In this document: piece by piece, positions 49,490-63,642 of the stretch
Position numbering within the stretch: the stretch's first letter is position 1
Layout of the letters: each line of letters opens with the position of its first letter
DNA from: Octopus sinensis
Lineage: Eukaryota
Length of the DNA stretch: 64,000 nt
Direction: 5' to 3'
NCBI RefSeq assembly: GCF_006345805.1
Contig: NC_043007.1
Location: forward strand, 49,166,001-49,230,000
Translations under genes and position numbers: made by a program
Notes under the pieces: generated by a model
What the model was told of the DNA's origin: nothing
What the model saw: only the letters and a program-made list of their open reading frames with translations
Database searches by the model: none

Positions 49490-52140
49490 ATAATTGAAAC
49501 AAAGAACATCACACAAACAATCTTATGAAGGCTGCTAGCAAGTCTGTGGTGGAAACGATGGAATTGAGAACTACTGAGAACAGAACAGCGACGAATAGGA
49601 GAGGAAGTAAACAACCATGGTGAAAAAGGAGAAGATTTAATTTAAACTCCTAGAGCAGTGTAGTGTCAAAGGAAAAGAAATGGAGAACTTAAGAATGAAT
49701 GGAAATTCGAAAAAGTTAGGATGAAGTATGGTGTAGACACAAAAGGCCTGGATGTTGTAATTGAACTGAAACAGCACATATATGCAAAAAAAGCAAAGCT
49801 AACTATGTTTGAACGACAGATTTAGCAATACCGGCAAAAGAAATTGTTTAAAACCGACCAAAAATGATTTTACTATGAAATTAATGATGATAAAAAACCT
49901 GAAATATTAGTTCCTAATAAAAGTCGACTTTTCTGTGGTAAGATATGGAGCAAGCAGAGGTACCAAAGATCAACTATTGATAGACAAAATGATAAGATTG
50001 TAAACGAAGGAGAACAAATTTGGAAATAGCCTGGATTGACTATCACAAAGCTTATGATATGATTCTACATTCGTATTTAGACCTGTTTGGAATTGCGAGG
50101 AATGTAACGTGTTTCCTGAAGAGATGTATGGTGGGATGGAAAACTGAACTGACATATTACGGAAAAAGCTAGGGCACACTGGTTATCAGAGGAGGGATTT
50201 TCCAGGGTGATAGCCTATCTCCGTTGCTTTTTGTTCTCTGCATCAAACCCTGACCTTGGTACTTAGGAAAGTAAACCTGGAGTTTACCTGGAGTTTAAAG
50301 GGAAAATCTCAAACAATCTGCCACCTCCTCTTCATGGATGATTTGAAACTGTATGGCAAAGATAAGACAAAAGTGAGTTATTTGGTGAACATGGCCCACT
50401 GTTTTAATATTGATATTAAAATGGAATTTGGACTCAAGAAATGCGGAATAATTCACCCAAAAAGAGACAAGGTGCAGTCCCTAGCAGGCATAGAATTACC
50501 GCATACAGACTTGATTGAATCAGAGGGATAAAAATAGTTTGTGGAGTTCAACGAGGAAATGAAAGAGCAAGTGAGGATGGAGTATTTTCGAAGACTGAAG
50601 TTGGTGTTGTGCTCAAAATTGATTGGAAGGAATAACATCCAAGCAGTTAATACGTGGGCGATTGCATCACTTCGGTATGGAGCGGGTATTATAAAATGGC
50701 AAATGAGAGAAGTGAAGAAAATGGATACCAAGACCAGAAAAATATTGACAGTGACACCAATAGGCTCTACTCGTTCAGAAGAAAGGGTGGGAGAGGCTTG
50801 ATCAGTTACCAGGACTGTATCGAAACAGAGGAAAACAGCTTAGGGTGGTATATAAAACAGGCCTTGGAGCCACTGTTGAAACATGCGAAGAAGGTCGGCG
50901 TCATCAAAACTGAAAATTGTGTTATTAAAGAAAAATAGAAACGAAAGATGAACAAAAAAAAAAAGACAAGTTGAGAGGTCTGGTGGCTATGGATGAGGAG
51001 GAGAGACCGGAAGACAGAAACAGAAGCATTGATATGCGCGGCTCAGGAACAAGTATTAAGGGCCAACTATATGAAGTGCAGAATAGACAACACACCGATA
51101 GCGTCAAATACAAACTATGGTGAGATGGGTGAAACAGTATGGCACATCGTTAGCGAATGCCCGAAATTGGCACAACGCGAATACAAAAGACACCATGACA
51201 ATGTGGCAAGAATGAGCCATTGAGAGCTCTGTGGAAATCACGACCTACAGCAAAAACGTGATACGAGCAAACTCCAGAAGGAGTCAGGAAAATGAGAATT
51301 GAAAAATCTTGCGGAATGCAATGATTCAGTGCGATCACCCGCCCAAGTCATGCATGGGAAACCGGACATGAATGAAAAAGAAAGAATATGTATGATAACT
51401 GACATAGAACACCTACGAAAATCAGCAAGAATTCTTCACAGAGTTCTTGAAGCATGACCAGTAAACAAGCGTCGCCAGTAAACAGTAAACAAACATGACA
51501 GAATGGCACTGAACGGCTGCAAGAAAAGACCTACTACTCTGAGCATGGCGTGGATCGATTATAAGAAAGTGTATGACATGGTTCCCCATTCCTGGATTTT
51601 AGAAAGTACTGGAGCTGATACATGTGTCTGATAACATCAAATTTTGTCAGGAGATGATCAATGAAAAACTGGAATACAGAGTTATCTTCACGTTAAAAAT
51701 GTTTGGCGAGGGTTAACATCAAGAGAGGCATATTTCAAGGAGAAAACTTATCACCATTGCCGTTTGTGATTTGTATGATATTCCTCATACGGAAAGTAAC
51801 ATCGGGGTACACCTCGAAAAGTGGAAGAAAATTAAATCATCTGTAAAAATGGGTGAATTAAAGGTCTTTGGGAAGACCGAAAGTGAAATAAATAGCCTAG
51901 TTTCAATAGTGCAGATATTCAATAAGAATATTGGAATGGAATTTGGGATTAAAAAGTATGGCATGCTTATAATACCGAGGTAAAGTAGTGTCGTCTTATG
52001 GCGCAGAGCTACCCAAGGGCGAGAAAATAAAGGATATATAAATATCTGGAGATTTTGGAATACGAGAAAATCAAAGCAAGTGAAATGAAGGAAAGCCTTA
52101 GGCGAAAATATCTCAGAAAAAAAAACAAACAAATAAATTA
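49490..52140 (+). mobile_element. Two decayed R4/Dong-type LINE fragments (~49490-51460 and ~51490-52140)
   Basis: GIFQGDSLSPLLF, HLLFMDDLKLYG, ETEALICAAQEQ and HIVSECPKLA..RHHD in the first fragment; AWIDYKKVYD and GIFQG in the second. Confidence 0.8.
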
Positions 52141-52239
52141 TGGGAATTAGGTTCAATGGAAAAAGTAAGAGCAGGACAATTACATTTATTATCATTATTA
52201 TCATCATCATCTTCATGGGTGATTTAAAACTGTTCGCAA

Positions 52240-52560
52240 AAACAGAGCCTGTTTGAGACTGTGCGAATGTGCAGCAAGGATAAAGGGATGGAATTCCAGC
52301 TTAGATTGTTACCAACATTCACTCCAAGATCTCTGGTATTGTTGGATGACACTAGGGAGTTGCCCGAGGGAAGAGCATATGGTAATTTCAGAGTTTCCTC
52401 CTCCCCAAAGTAGATCAAATCAAACTTATCTTCATTTAAAAGTATATTGTTGCTTTCGGCCATTGGACAATAGCAAAGAGATCTGACTGAAGGCATGTTC
52501 GGTCTCTCATGCCTTTTATGGCATTCTGAAGCTTGGAATTACCTGCAAGATTTTCAATGT
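52240..52560 (-). mobile_element. CR1/Jockey-group LINE RT fragment
   Basis: Motif [33 protein letters not shown]. Confidence 0.6.
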
Positions 52561-52576
52561 AGAATGTTTGATGACA

Positions 52577-52659
<83 letters not shown>

Positions 52660-52699
52660 TATATATGTATATGCTTATATATATATAACATATACATAC

Positions 52700-52763
<64 letters not shown>

Positions 52764-52800
52764 GTATGTAGATATATGTATGTGTATATATATGTATATA

Positions 52801-53182
52801 TACAAAACGAGAAAATGGAGAAATATATCTAAATCAATCATCAACTATCAGATAATACCGAATCAATACTTTATTAAAACACTACACAATAGCAATGATA
52901 TTATACATTAATATAGTACAATAATTACAATCAATATGGTGAAATATAACTAAATAAATATAACAAGACATAGAAATACATTTGCATTGTAGCTGACAGC
53001 TGTTTCGGCCATGAAGACAGGTATGTCTCATTTAACCTATTAGCCATATAATGCAGGTATAAATGAGACATTAACAAGAATATCTTACGGCCTCTTCAGA
53101 GATTTTAATGCAAGTATGAGTGCAAATCCTAAATAATTTACATATAAATATAAACGTGCGCACATACATACATAGTCATATG

Positions 53183-53221
<39 letters not shown>

Positions 53222-55493
53222 ATAGACATACCCACGTACACAACCAAAACATAAATAAATAAATAACATAAGAGGTACTATCACAACTATACACTAAGTG
53301 TTTACAAACAGATCCACTCACATATGTCCATAAATCCGTAAATGCAATCATACATATAATTATACCTAGATGGAGAGTGTAATTATACCTAGATGGAGAG
53401 TGTAATTCATATGACACCGTATTTTTCGTAAACAAAATATTTCAGAACTAAAAATGTCCGCATCATTACCGTTATGTTTCATTCAAACATTTACTAAATT
53501 ATAAAATATAGAATACCCGTTTATGTTTGTCTATCAAAAGACATAAAAATACATATATACTAAGTTAACAGAGGTTTATAATAATGGTGTCAGCTCTTCT
53601 GGTGACGTCGATGTTCGCCTGGGGCTAAATGCATCAGTAACACCCCCACCACCCCGCCCTGACCCTAGCCACATTCAGATGGCTGATCCCTCTTATGTTA
53701 TAGAGCAGTTACTGTTTATATCTCGCCCAGAGATTTATTATTGTTATAATAATTAAATTATAAGAAATTAATTGTAAAAAGTCAAAATACGCTAATATTC
53801 TAAGATATATAATCAAAATAACTTCTTATAACTTATACAGATAACATCACTACTTAAGAAGTCCAGTATTATTACAATACTATTATATTCCTATTTAAAC
53901 CCTCACCAACGAACTAATAGAATTATACTCATATCTACATATCCATATGTATACTCATGTGTAACAACAAACATATATATACACTATATATTTTCACATA
54001 TGATGTGTATGTAAACATTCGTAGTACTTATATATATATATATATATTTTTAAGTATCAGTGGACACATAAATACATATATACTAATTAACAGGATTTAG
54101 CATTAAATAATATCAGTGGACGTATAAATACATATATAGTAATTAACAGGACTTACCAATAAATAGTATATAAGTAAATAATTATAAATTAAATTAATTA
54201 TAAGTTAATAATTGTTATTACTTAAAATTAAAATGTGATAAAATAAAATAAGATGAAATAATTAAAAATAAAATGAAAATATAAGTAAAAACATGTATAC
54301 ATATATATATATATTTTAATAAAGAATGGATATGTATGTATATATCTACATATAAATAAATGAATAAATAAATAGATAAATACCATAAAATACAAATTAG
54401 GATAAATACAAAGGTAAACTTAATATATAATACTGCTAATATGTATATACCCACATATACATAAATGAATAGATAAATGAATAGATAAATAGATAAATAA
54501 CCTAAAATAAAATAAAAAAATATACATTAAAATGAGTACATAGATAAACTTAGTATACAGGCTGCTAATATGTAAATATTTACATATAAATAAATGAATA
54601 AATAAATAGATAAATAACATAAGGTACAAATCAAGATGAGTACAAATATAAACTAAATATATAAGACTGCTAATATGTATAAAGCCACATATAAGTAAAT
54701 GAATAGATTTATTAATAAATAACATAAGATACAAATTAAGATGAGTACAAAGATAAACTTAATATATAATATATAAAACTGCCAAATAAATACCTGCAAA
54801 AACTCATATACTCATCCAAAACAAACGATGTACATTCAATATAGACTCGCATTTATTACATATTAGTATTACAGTATCTAAAACCAGCTTCCCAAACTAT
54901 GATACGCATACACACTCATCAATTTTGGAAATCCCCATGAATATCATAGTGCTATGTATATACCAAAATATATATATTTATATCCTAGTGTATTTCCCTT
55001 ATAAGCCAGGACAAAAAACAAAAAACAATCAATACAGAACATATATATTTATATATATGTGTAGCTACAAGATTATAAATTTATAAGTTGTATGTTTCAA
55101 ATTGTAAAGACCACTACAAGTCAGCTACAATGTAAATGTATTTCTATGTCTTGTTATATTTATTTAGTTATATTTCACCATATTGATTGTAATTATTGTA
55201 CTATATTAATGTATAATATCATTGCTATTGTGTAGTGTTTTAATAAAGTATTGATTCGGTATTATCTGATAGTTGATGATTGATTTAGATATATTTCTCC
55301 ATTTTCTCATTTTGTATTATTAATTTACGGTAAAAATAATTTTACCTTTGCCCACCTAATTCAGTAAATGAATTAATTGCATCGCAATTTTTAACATTTA
55401 TGTATTAGCTTTGTTGGGTACTTCTCTAGCAGTATATTGGATGTATGTTATCCCATGGAGGGTTGAATTTACAACCCCTATCTCATTTTATAA

Positions 55494-55495
<2 letters not shown>
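52801..55495 (-). mobile_element. Non-coding AT-rich Penelope-derived element with hammerhead and inverted terminal pLTR copy
   Basis: 52801-52997 is the near-perfect reverse complement of 55120-55316. It holds a hammerhead at 52982-53113 and degenerate ~115-bp tandem repeats at ~54330-54790, and is flanked by (TA)n. Confidence 0.7.
52982..53113 (-). ncRNA. Type I hammerhead ribozyme motif with extended stem II
   Basis: Minus strand reads TTGCATT..CT-CTGAAGA-GGCC[~78 nt incl. ATGTCTCATTTA/TAAATGAGACAT hairpin]GGCC-GAAAC-AGCT-GTC-AG..AATGCAA. Stem III is the palindrome ACAGCTGT and the triplet is GUC. Confidence 0.7.
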
Positions 55496-55530
<35 letters not shown>

Positions 55531-55658
55531 ATTTTGATGATTTTTCCAGTTTCAGCTAATGAGCTGTGGCCATGCTGGGGCACCGCCATTTAAGAAAGAC
55601 GTTCCCATGCCGGGAGTAGTTAGGAATCTAAATCGTAGGAGACAGACACACAACCTTA

Positions 55659-55739
<81 letters not shown>

Positions 55740-55855
55740 ATATGTATATAATTAAATTTCATTACACTTCGATATATATATGTATGTTTATATATATATG
55801 TGTATTCATATATATGTATGTATGTATATATATGTATAATTATAAATATAATTAA

Positions 55856-56085
55856 GGGCTTAGCAACAAGTTGCTTAACCACATACCGAAAATTTAGAAA
55901 TAGCAGCCAAAGACAGCTAATTCTATTAACTACAAATATGACTCCATAGACAAACATACACCGATTTTCCACATATGTAGTAGATATGTACACATGGAGT
56001 CATATTTGTAGTTAAAAGAATTAGCTGTCTTTGGCTGTTATTTCTAAATTTTCGGTATGTGGTGAAGCAACTTGTTGCTAAACCC
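55856..56085. mobile_element. MITE with ~92-bp TIRs (possibly Kolobok-type)
   Basis: GGGCTTAGCAACAAGTTGCTT..GACTCCAT and its reverse complement. Left flank is TTAA, termini are GG..CC, and the right flank is TTTC (degenerate). Confidence 0.75.
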
Positions 56086-56218
56086 TTTCATGTATGTATA
56101 TATATATATACATGTATGTATATATATATATATGTATGTATATATGCGTATGTATGTATGTATATATATATATATATATGCAAATATATATATCTATGCA
56201 TATTATTTGTATATATAT

Positions 56219-56301
<83 letters not shown>

Positions 56302-56302
<1 letters not shown>

Positions 56303-56693
56303 TAGCAGTATCGCCCGGCATTGCTCGGGTTTGTAAGGGAAATAACTATATAAGCATTTTTAGAGAGTTATAGCCAAAAATAGCAAAAAATGCATTAAAA
56401 ATGGAAAAAAATGATGGTAATTAAAAAAAAAAATCGTTGACTCATCGTAGACATTTTTAGAGAGTTACTTCCCTTATTTAATAGCGAAAAAATGCATTAA
56501 AATGGGAAAAAAATGATGGTAATTTTTTTTTTAATCGTAGACTCATCGTAGACGCGCGCTAATACCCAGAAGGGCTCGATATGAATCACGACTATAAGAT
56601 ACCCGGTTTTGGTTAAACTGTACCGCAAAATGTGGGAGTAGTTAGGAATCTAAATCGTAGGAGACAGACACACAACCTTACTTTTATATATAA

Positions 56694-56696
<3 letters not shown>
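56302..56696 (-). mobile_element. Complete non-autonomous Helitron (~395 bp)
   Basis: Minus strand A|TC start, subterminal hairpin CCCGAGCAATGCCGGG and CTAG|T end, with no TSD. An orphan 5' fragment of the same family lies at ~55612-55670. Confidence 0.85.
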
Positions 56697-56759
<63 letters not shown>

Positions 56760-56761
<2 letters not shown>

Positions 56762-57091
56762 TGGTGACCCCCTTCGGTCAGACACTGACCATGGGTTTGA
56801 ACTTAGAGAGTTACCCTCCGAGGCACAAGTCTGGGCAAGGTCGTTTTTTACGGAAGACCAGCAGTCGCCCATGCATACCGGCCTCCCCTCTCCACGTCAC
56901 CGATGTTGTCCAAGGGAAAGGCAAGGGCCGATACAGCTTGGCACCTGTGACGTCGCAACTCATTTCTACAGCTGAGTGAACTGGAGCAACGTGAAATAAA
57001 GTGTCTTGCTCAAGAACACAACACGCAGCCCGGTCCGGGATTCGAGCTCACAACCTCACGAACGTAAGCTCGACGCTCTAACCACTGAGCC
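56760..57091 (-). mobile_element. tRNA-derived SINE (third family)
   Basis: Minus strand has a tRNA head GGCTCAGTGGTTAGAGCG..GCTCGAATCCCGG and a TTGAGCAAGACACT..CAGTTCACTCAGCTG core. Confidence 0.8.
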
Positions 57092-57589
57092 ACATATATA
57101 TATATATGTATGTACACTTCGATGCCCATAACTCCGATAATTTTGTATTTTTCCAGTTAAAATTTTTCGATGACAATACATAAATTTCTTATTCCAGAAC
57201 TTATTTAATAAATGTGTTCCAATACAATGAATTCATGTTTTGAATGCTTAAAATTCATAAAAAATGAAACCAGACTTCCATAGCACATTGACTGGGGACA
57301 CCCAGTATCACTTATACTCATTTTACTAATCAATATTTATTGCTTATTTACAGTTCATACATTTTCATTAAACTAGTTGAGGCATCACATTTAGAAATAT
57401 TTCACAGGTTTCATTGTTTGTGTTCGATTAATTTCGATATTGATTTTTAGTGTGTCGAATTAGTAATTTTTGCAAACAATATGACTTTTATAATTTATTC
57501 AGTTAAGATGCATACCAACTATCTTTTTTTTAATAAGGAAACAGCCAAAGACACAACGATATCTAGCCTCGCAAAGACAAAGACATGCA

Positions 57590-57862
57590 AGGGCACGACA
57601 AAACGAGACGCCCGAGGTGATACAAAGCCGTCTTGCAGTGAAAAGAGAGGTATCTTCAAGGGCACGACAGAATGAAACACCCGAGGTGACACAAACCTGT
57701 CTTGCAGCCCAAAGAGAAGCATCTTCAAGGGCACGATGACATGAAACCCCCGAGGCAACACAAACTCTTTTTGCAGCCCAACGAGATGCATCTTCAAGGG
57801 CACAACAGAATGAAATACCCGAAGTGACACAAAGCCGTGCTGCGAAAAAAGAGCCTCAAACA
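57590..57862 (+). repeat. ~69-bp (23-codon) tandem repeat in the Helitron N-terminal coding region
   Basis: About 4 copies of GGCACGACAGAATGAAACACCCGAGGTGACACAAA..TTGCAGCCCAA..GCATCTTCAAG (ARQNETPEVTQT.LAAQRE.SSR). Confidence 0.8.
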
Positions 57863-60589
57863 TGGCATGCCAGACTGAAACCTGAACAGACAGAAGTCAG
57901 ACTATGTTTGGATGTACAAAATCGAATGGCAGAAACGGGGTCTGCCTCATTCACATACCTTCATATGGTGTAAGGAGAGGGTTAGATTCGATTGATGACA
58001 TCATTTCTGCAGAGTACCCAAACCCAGAGCAAGACGCTCAGCTCTACATCATTGTGAAGAAACACATGATTCACGGGCCATGTGGAAGCTTTAACTCTTC
58101 GTCTCCTTGCATGGAGAATATGTGCACAAGAGGTTCCCCAGACTATTCGTTCAAGAAACATGAACCGGACATGATGGTTATCCACTCTACAGGCAGTGAA
58201 AACCTGAACATGGCGGTTATACTGCAACACTGAAGACACACCAGCAAGAGGTTGTTGACAACAGATGGATTGTACCATACAACAAACTCCCATCGAAAAT
58301 ATTTGAGGCACACATCAATGTTGAATCATGTAATTCTGTTAAGAGCATAAAATACATCTGCAAATACATCAACAAGGGGTCCGATATGGCAGTTTTTGGA
58401 GTCAATGAGCATGAACAGCAAACGGATATGAAATAAGATGTTATCTACTGGGAAGATACACATCATCGGATGAGGCGATTTGGCGTATATTTGGCTTCAG
58501 AGACGGTATCCAACGGTCGTGAATCTAGTTGTTCATCTTGAAAAGCGGAGAGCGTGTCTATTTCCCGGAAGATAATGCTCAACAGAAATTTACCTGGTTA
58601 GGAAAAATGGGTAAAATGTATAAATGGAACTCCAGTTATCGCCTATGAGGCAGAAGAGATATTTCAAAGCAATGCTATTGAGAAAGTTTACACAGTCCAT
58701 CCAAATCAACAAGAGTGCTTCTTTTTACGTCTCCTCTGTCCGAGGTCCCACATATTTTCAAGATCTGCGAATGTTTAATGGAGAGCTCTGATTAAACTTT
58801 AGGGCGGCCTGTTCCCAACCTTGGCTATTTGAAGATGATACTCACTGGCATCAAATACTCGACGAGGCCTCTGTCGCCAAAATTCCAACCCAACTATGCC
58901 AATTATTCTCCATCATGCTTATGACGTGCCTTGAGTGATCCTGTAACGCTTTGGGAAAATCAGAGAAAGCATGACAGTGGATATACTACGCAGAATTCAA
59001 AGGCAGAACCCATCGGAAACTGTTGAATACAACGAGGCTATTTTTAACGAGGCATTCAATGACCTAGACAACCGAGTGAAATCCATGGGTGGCAGTGGAG
59101 TTGTTGCTTTTGGCTTGCCTCAACCAGATGTGTCATCTGAAACCCTTGACATCGAATATGTACGGGAGATCAATTATGACGTCAAAGAAATGGCACCGTT
59201 TATGGCTTATAATGAACACAAATTGAACGAGGATCATGAAACTGCCTTCATAATAACGAGACTGGTAATCTCTTCTTTTTCGATTCTCCAGGCGGAACTG
59301 GCAAAACATTCCTTATCAATCTTATTTTGGCGAAGCTGCGACAAAATAAACAGATAACCCTTGCCATGGCGTCAAGTGGAATAGCTGCAACTCTATTAAA
59401 CTGTGGATGCACAGCTCGTTCTTGCTCCAAATTGCCTCTGGACCTTGCAAAAAAAGACATAGCAACCTGCAATATCAGTCGTGGCACTACAAAAGCAAAT
59501 ATTCTCACCGAGTGCAAATTGATCATTTGGGGTAAAGCGACAAGGAGTTATAAGGGAGATTTTGAGGCTCTTGACAGATTACTTCAAGATCTGAGGCGCA
59601 ACTCAAGGTTAATGGGTGGCCTAACAGTACTCCTCGCAGGAGACTTTCGACAAACACTCCCAGTCATCCCAAAGGAGATGAGAGCAGATGAGGTAAATGC
59701 GAGCATCAAATCTTCATAACTTTTGGGCAAGGTTAGAAAGTTGAAACTTACAACAAACATAAGAGTGCAGTTAGATGGTGATGCGCACATGGAGAACTTC
59801 TGCAAGCAGTTAATGGATATTGGAAACAGTGCTGTAATTGTTGAGCAGGTTGGGAAGATTAGTTTACCCTTTGGCAAGTTGGTGTCAAATATACACGAAC
59901 TATTGGCGAGAGTCTTCCCAAACCTGAAGACATAATTCAAAGACCATAGCTGGCTGAGAAAACGTGCAATTTTGGCGCCAAAAAATGTCGCAGTAGATGG
60001 CGTAAACAATCACCTTCTGGAACAACAGCCTGGCGATCATCGAACATACAATTCAATTGATACTGTGCTCCACACCAATGATGCTGTTCATTACCCCGTT
60101 GGATTCCTCAATAGACTTGCACCTTCAGGTCTGCCACCGCATGAATTGCATCTAAAGGTTGGAGCCCCAGTTGTGCTTGTAAGAAACCTCGATCCTCCAA
60201 AATTATGCAATGGCACAAGACTTATAATAAAAAAAATTGATGCAAACAGTATTGGCGGCAACAATACTGACTGGGAAAGCAAGTGGTGAAGATGTTTTCA
60301 TTCCAAAGATTCCTCTGATTCCTTCCGACACACAAATTGATTTCAAAAGGCTACAATTCCCACTGAGATTAAGCTTTGCAATGAGCATCAACAAAGCACA
60401 GGGTCAGACATTGGAAGTGGTAGGCCTTAATCTTGCAGAACCTGCTTTTTCTCACGGACAGCTCTATGTCGGATGCTCTAGAGTTGGAAATCCGGAAAAT
60501 TTATTTATCTATGCAGCCAACAACAAAACCAAAAAACATCGTGTATCACGAAGCCCTGCAATACTGAAATTTTGGAACAAAGATGCCTC

Positions 60590-60775
60590 TCACTCCGACA
60601 ACCTCTCTCGTCAACCTTCGACAATCTCTCTCGCCAACCTCCGACAACATCTCTCGCCAACCTCTGAAAACCTCTCTCGACAACCTCTCTTGCCAACCTC
60701 CGAAAACCTCTCTCGACAACCTCTCTCACCAACCTCCGAAACCCTCTCTCGCCAACCGCCAACAATCTCTCCCTC
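60590..60775 (+). repeat. Minisatellite (AACCTCCGAAAACCTCTCTCGCC-like) in the Helitron 3' region
   Basis: Repeated 11/22-bp related units. Confidence 0.8.
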
Positions 60776-61070
60776 CTCCAGCTGACAGATTTTGTACCTT
60801 TTCGTGACGGAAAATACACCATTTGTGGCAGTTATAACGAAATTGCTTTCTTATATCAGAGTAATAAGGCGTTTCAATAGAACATCTTTACCCCCGGGAA
60901 TTAGCGGGTACACCAGCTAGTATACATATATGTATATATATACTTATATGTAAATGTATATATAAATATACATCTATTTTTATATATATACATCTCTCTC
61001 TATATATATATATGTATATATGTATATATATACATATATGTGTACATATATATACATATATATATATATA

Positions 61071-61157
<87 letters not shown>

Positions 61158-61197
61158 ATACATATATATATACATATATATATACATATATATGTAC

Positions 61198-61298
<101 letters not shown>

Positions 61299-61823
61299 GA
61301 TAGATAGAAAGAGTGATAGATAGATAGATAGATAGTGAAACTATAAAACTCAAACTATTTCTAACTTCGTCGAATGTTTCACTTTTATACTTGGATTTTT
61401 GAGACGTAATACAGAACCAATGCCAATGTTGCATTGTTTTAATCCAAAATAATTACGTCTGAACACTCACGGGGTCTAATAGTATGCCATGTAAAATCTG
61501 ATCATATTTGGTTGAGCCGTTTGAGAATGCATTGGAAACAGACAAAGGTACAAAGGATTTTATACTTATATCGATTATATAGAAGCTTGTACAAAGGAAA
61601 GATACTTTTCAAAATGTCCTTCTAATTCATGATTTTATGGTGTGGTCTCTATATCCGACAGTGTCCTTTTGCCAATGTCAGATTTAAAATTGATCATTTA
61701 GAAATCGATAAAATTATTACTATCCTTTCAAATGATACACATGTACCCACAAACGCGCACACTTACCCACACTCATATACACACGTAGACTCAAACACAT
61801 ACACATGCATATATATGTGTTTG

Positions 61824-61859
<36 letters not shown>

Positions 61860-61959
61860 ATGTGTGTTTCTGTGCGGGTGTGTTTCTTTGTGTGAGTGTG
61901 TGTATGTGTGTTTCTGTATGTGCGTGTGTGTTGCGCACGCGCGTATATTCTACACTTTT

Positions 61960-62500
61960 ATTAGTTGAAGCATCCTTCAGAACTCTTGACAGGAAATTTT
62001 GTTTTGGCGACATCTACATCCACCTAATGTGGGTCTATCAGGCTTTAGTGAAGGATATTCAAGAGTTTGAGCCCTTGAAATACAAATTGTTGCAGTATCT
62101 GGTTCTTTATCTTCATGGCAATGCTGGAATCTTTGATACCTTGCTGTTTGTGTAATTTTCAATGCCAAATTTTGATGCTATCTCTCCAGGATGTATATCA
62201 CTGCATATCTTTCCGGTCATTGTTTTAGAAAGTAGAGTATTAACTTTTTCAGCCTTTCCAATTAGCTGACCTGTTGCATTGAGAGGATCTTCTTTGTGTA
62301 GCTTCGCTGGATGACTTCGACTTCCTCCGTTAATTCTACACTACGTAGAGTATAGACAATGATAAAAAGAAATCCAGACAATTTTTTGAAAAGTGACAAT
62401 TTTCCCCCCTTGGAGAGATCAGCTAGGTTTGCCATTTCTACAAGCCCAGAATCATTTACTATTGAAAGACTGACCATCTGCAAAGATATCAACAATTTTT
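61960..62500 (-). mobile_element. Degenerate CR1/Jockey-group LINE 3' fragment
   Basis: Motif EVEVIQRSYTKKILSMQQVS, followed by a decayed YS...R.RY..IYI and FKGSNS-like tail. Confidence 0.5.
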
Positions 62501-62849
62501 TTCTTCTTTCTCTCCATCTTCTTCCTTTCCTTCTCTTTTTCTTTAACACTTCATTCAGATACAAAACACACACACACGCGCGGTCCCTCTCACTTTCTTC
62601 CCATTCCTCACCCTCTTGTACTATCTTATATCTCTCTCCACCCCTACACAATCAATAATACTATAAAAAGAGACAAAATTCCTGCAAAAGTTCAATTTGA
62701 CAACTCCACTAGAGTGGACGAAAGCGCTAATATGAGATATGATTTATAAAAACATGTAACATACTAATAAATATCTGCACATATAAACCATCCAGATTTC
62801 TGAGTACATCATTCCAATATATATATATATATATATATATATGTATACT

Positions 62850-63243
62850 CTCTTACTTGTTTCAGTCATCTGACTGCAGCCATGCTGGGGCACCGCCTTT
62901 AATCGAGCAACTCGACGCCGGGACTTATTCTTTTGTAAGCCCAGTACTTATTCTATCGGTCTCTTTTGCCGCACCGCTAAGTAACGGAGACATAAACACA
63001 CCAGCATCGGTTATCAAGCAATGCTAGGGGGACAAACACAGACACACAAACACACACACGCATATATATACATATATACGACGGGCTTCTTTCAGTTTCC
63101 CTCTACCAAATCCACTCACAAGGCTTTGGTCGGCCCAAGGCTATAGTAGAAGACACTTGCCCAAGGTGCCACGCAGTGGTACTGAACCCGGGACCATGTG
63201 GTTGGTAAACAAGCTACTTACCACACAGCCACTCCTGCGCCAC
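62850..63243 (-). mobile_element. Full-length tRNA-SINE (GGCGCAGGAGTGGCTGTGTGGTAAG family)
   Basis: tRNA-like head, GGTTCAGTACC B box and tail ..GACTGAAACAAGTAAGAG. Confidence 0.85.
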
Positions 63244-63245
63244 TC

Positions 63246-63285
<40 letters not shown>

Positions 63286-63336
63286 ACATACATACATACA
63301 TACATACATACAGACGTACATACATACATATATACA

Positions 63337-63439
<103 letters not shown>

Positions 63440-63595
63440 GTGCAGTCGTGGCTGTGTGGTAAAAATCTTGCTTCCCAACCACATGGATCTGGGTTCAGTC
63501 CCATTGTATGATGCCTTGGGCAAGTGTCTTCTACTATAGCCTCGGCCGACCAAAGCATTATAAAAGGATTTGGTAGACGGAAACTGAAAGGAGCA

Positions 63596-63642
<47 letters not shown>

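Larger units (their letters stand above)
57115..60920 (+). mobile_element. Decayed autonomous Helitron (Rep/HUH + Pif1 helicase)
   Basis: Rep motifs [26 protein letters not shown] and [12 protein letters not shown]. Helicase motifs PGGTGKTF, ASSGIAATLL, LAGDFRQTLPV, LCNGTRL, QFPLRLSFAMSINKAQGQT and HGQLYVGCSRV. 3' hairpin plus CTAG|T at 60917-60921; the 5' boundary is uncertain. Confidence 0.9.

Noticed and set aside
56990-57091. tRNA gene candidates at SINE heads (also 8454, 49050, 63243)
   Set aside because: The heads continue into SINE bodies and lack a complete acceptor stem.
57590-57862. Regularly spaced repeats as a possible CRISPR array
   Set aside because: They are contiguous 69-bp units without unique spacers, in frame with the Helitron protein, in a eukaryotic context.
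59327-60540. Host PIF1 helicase gene
   Set aside because: It is intronless, frameshifted, preceded by Rep motifs and followed by a hairpin-CTAG end, so it is a Helitron.
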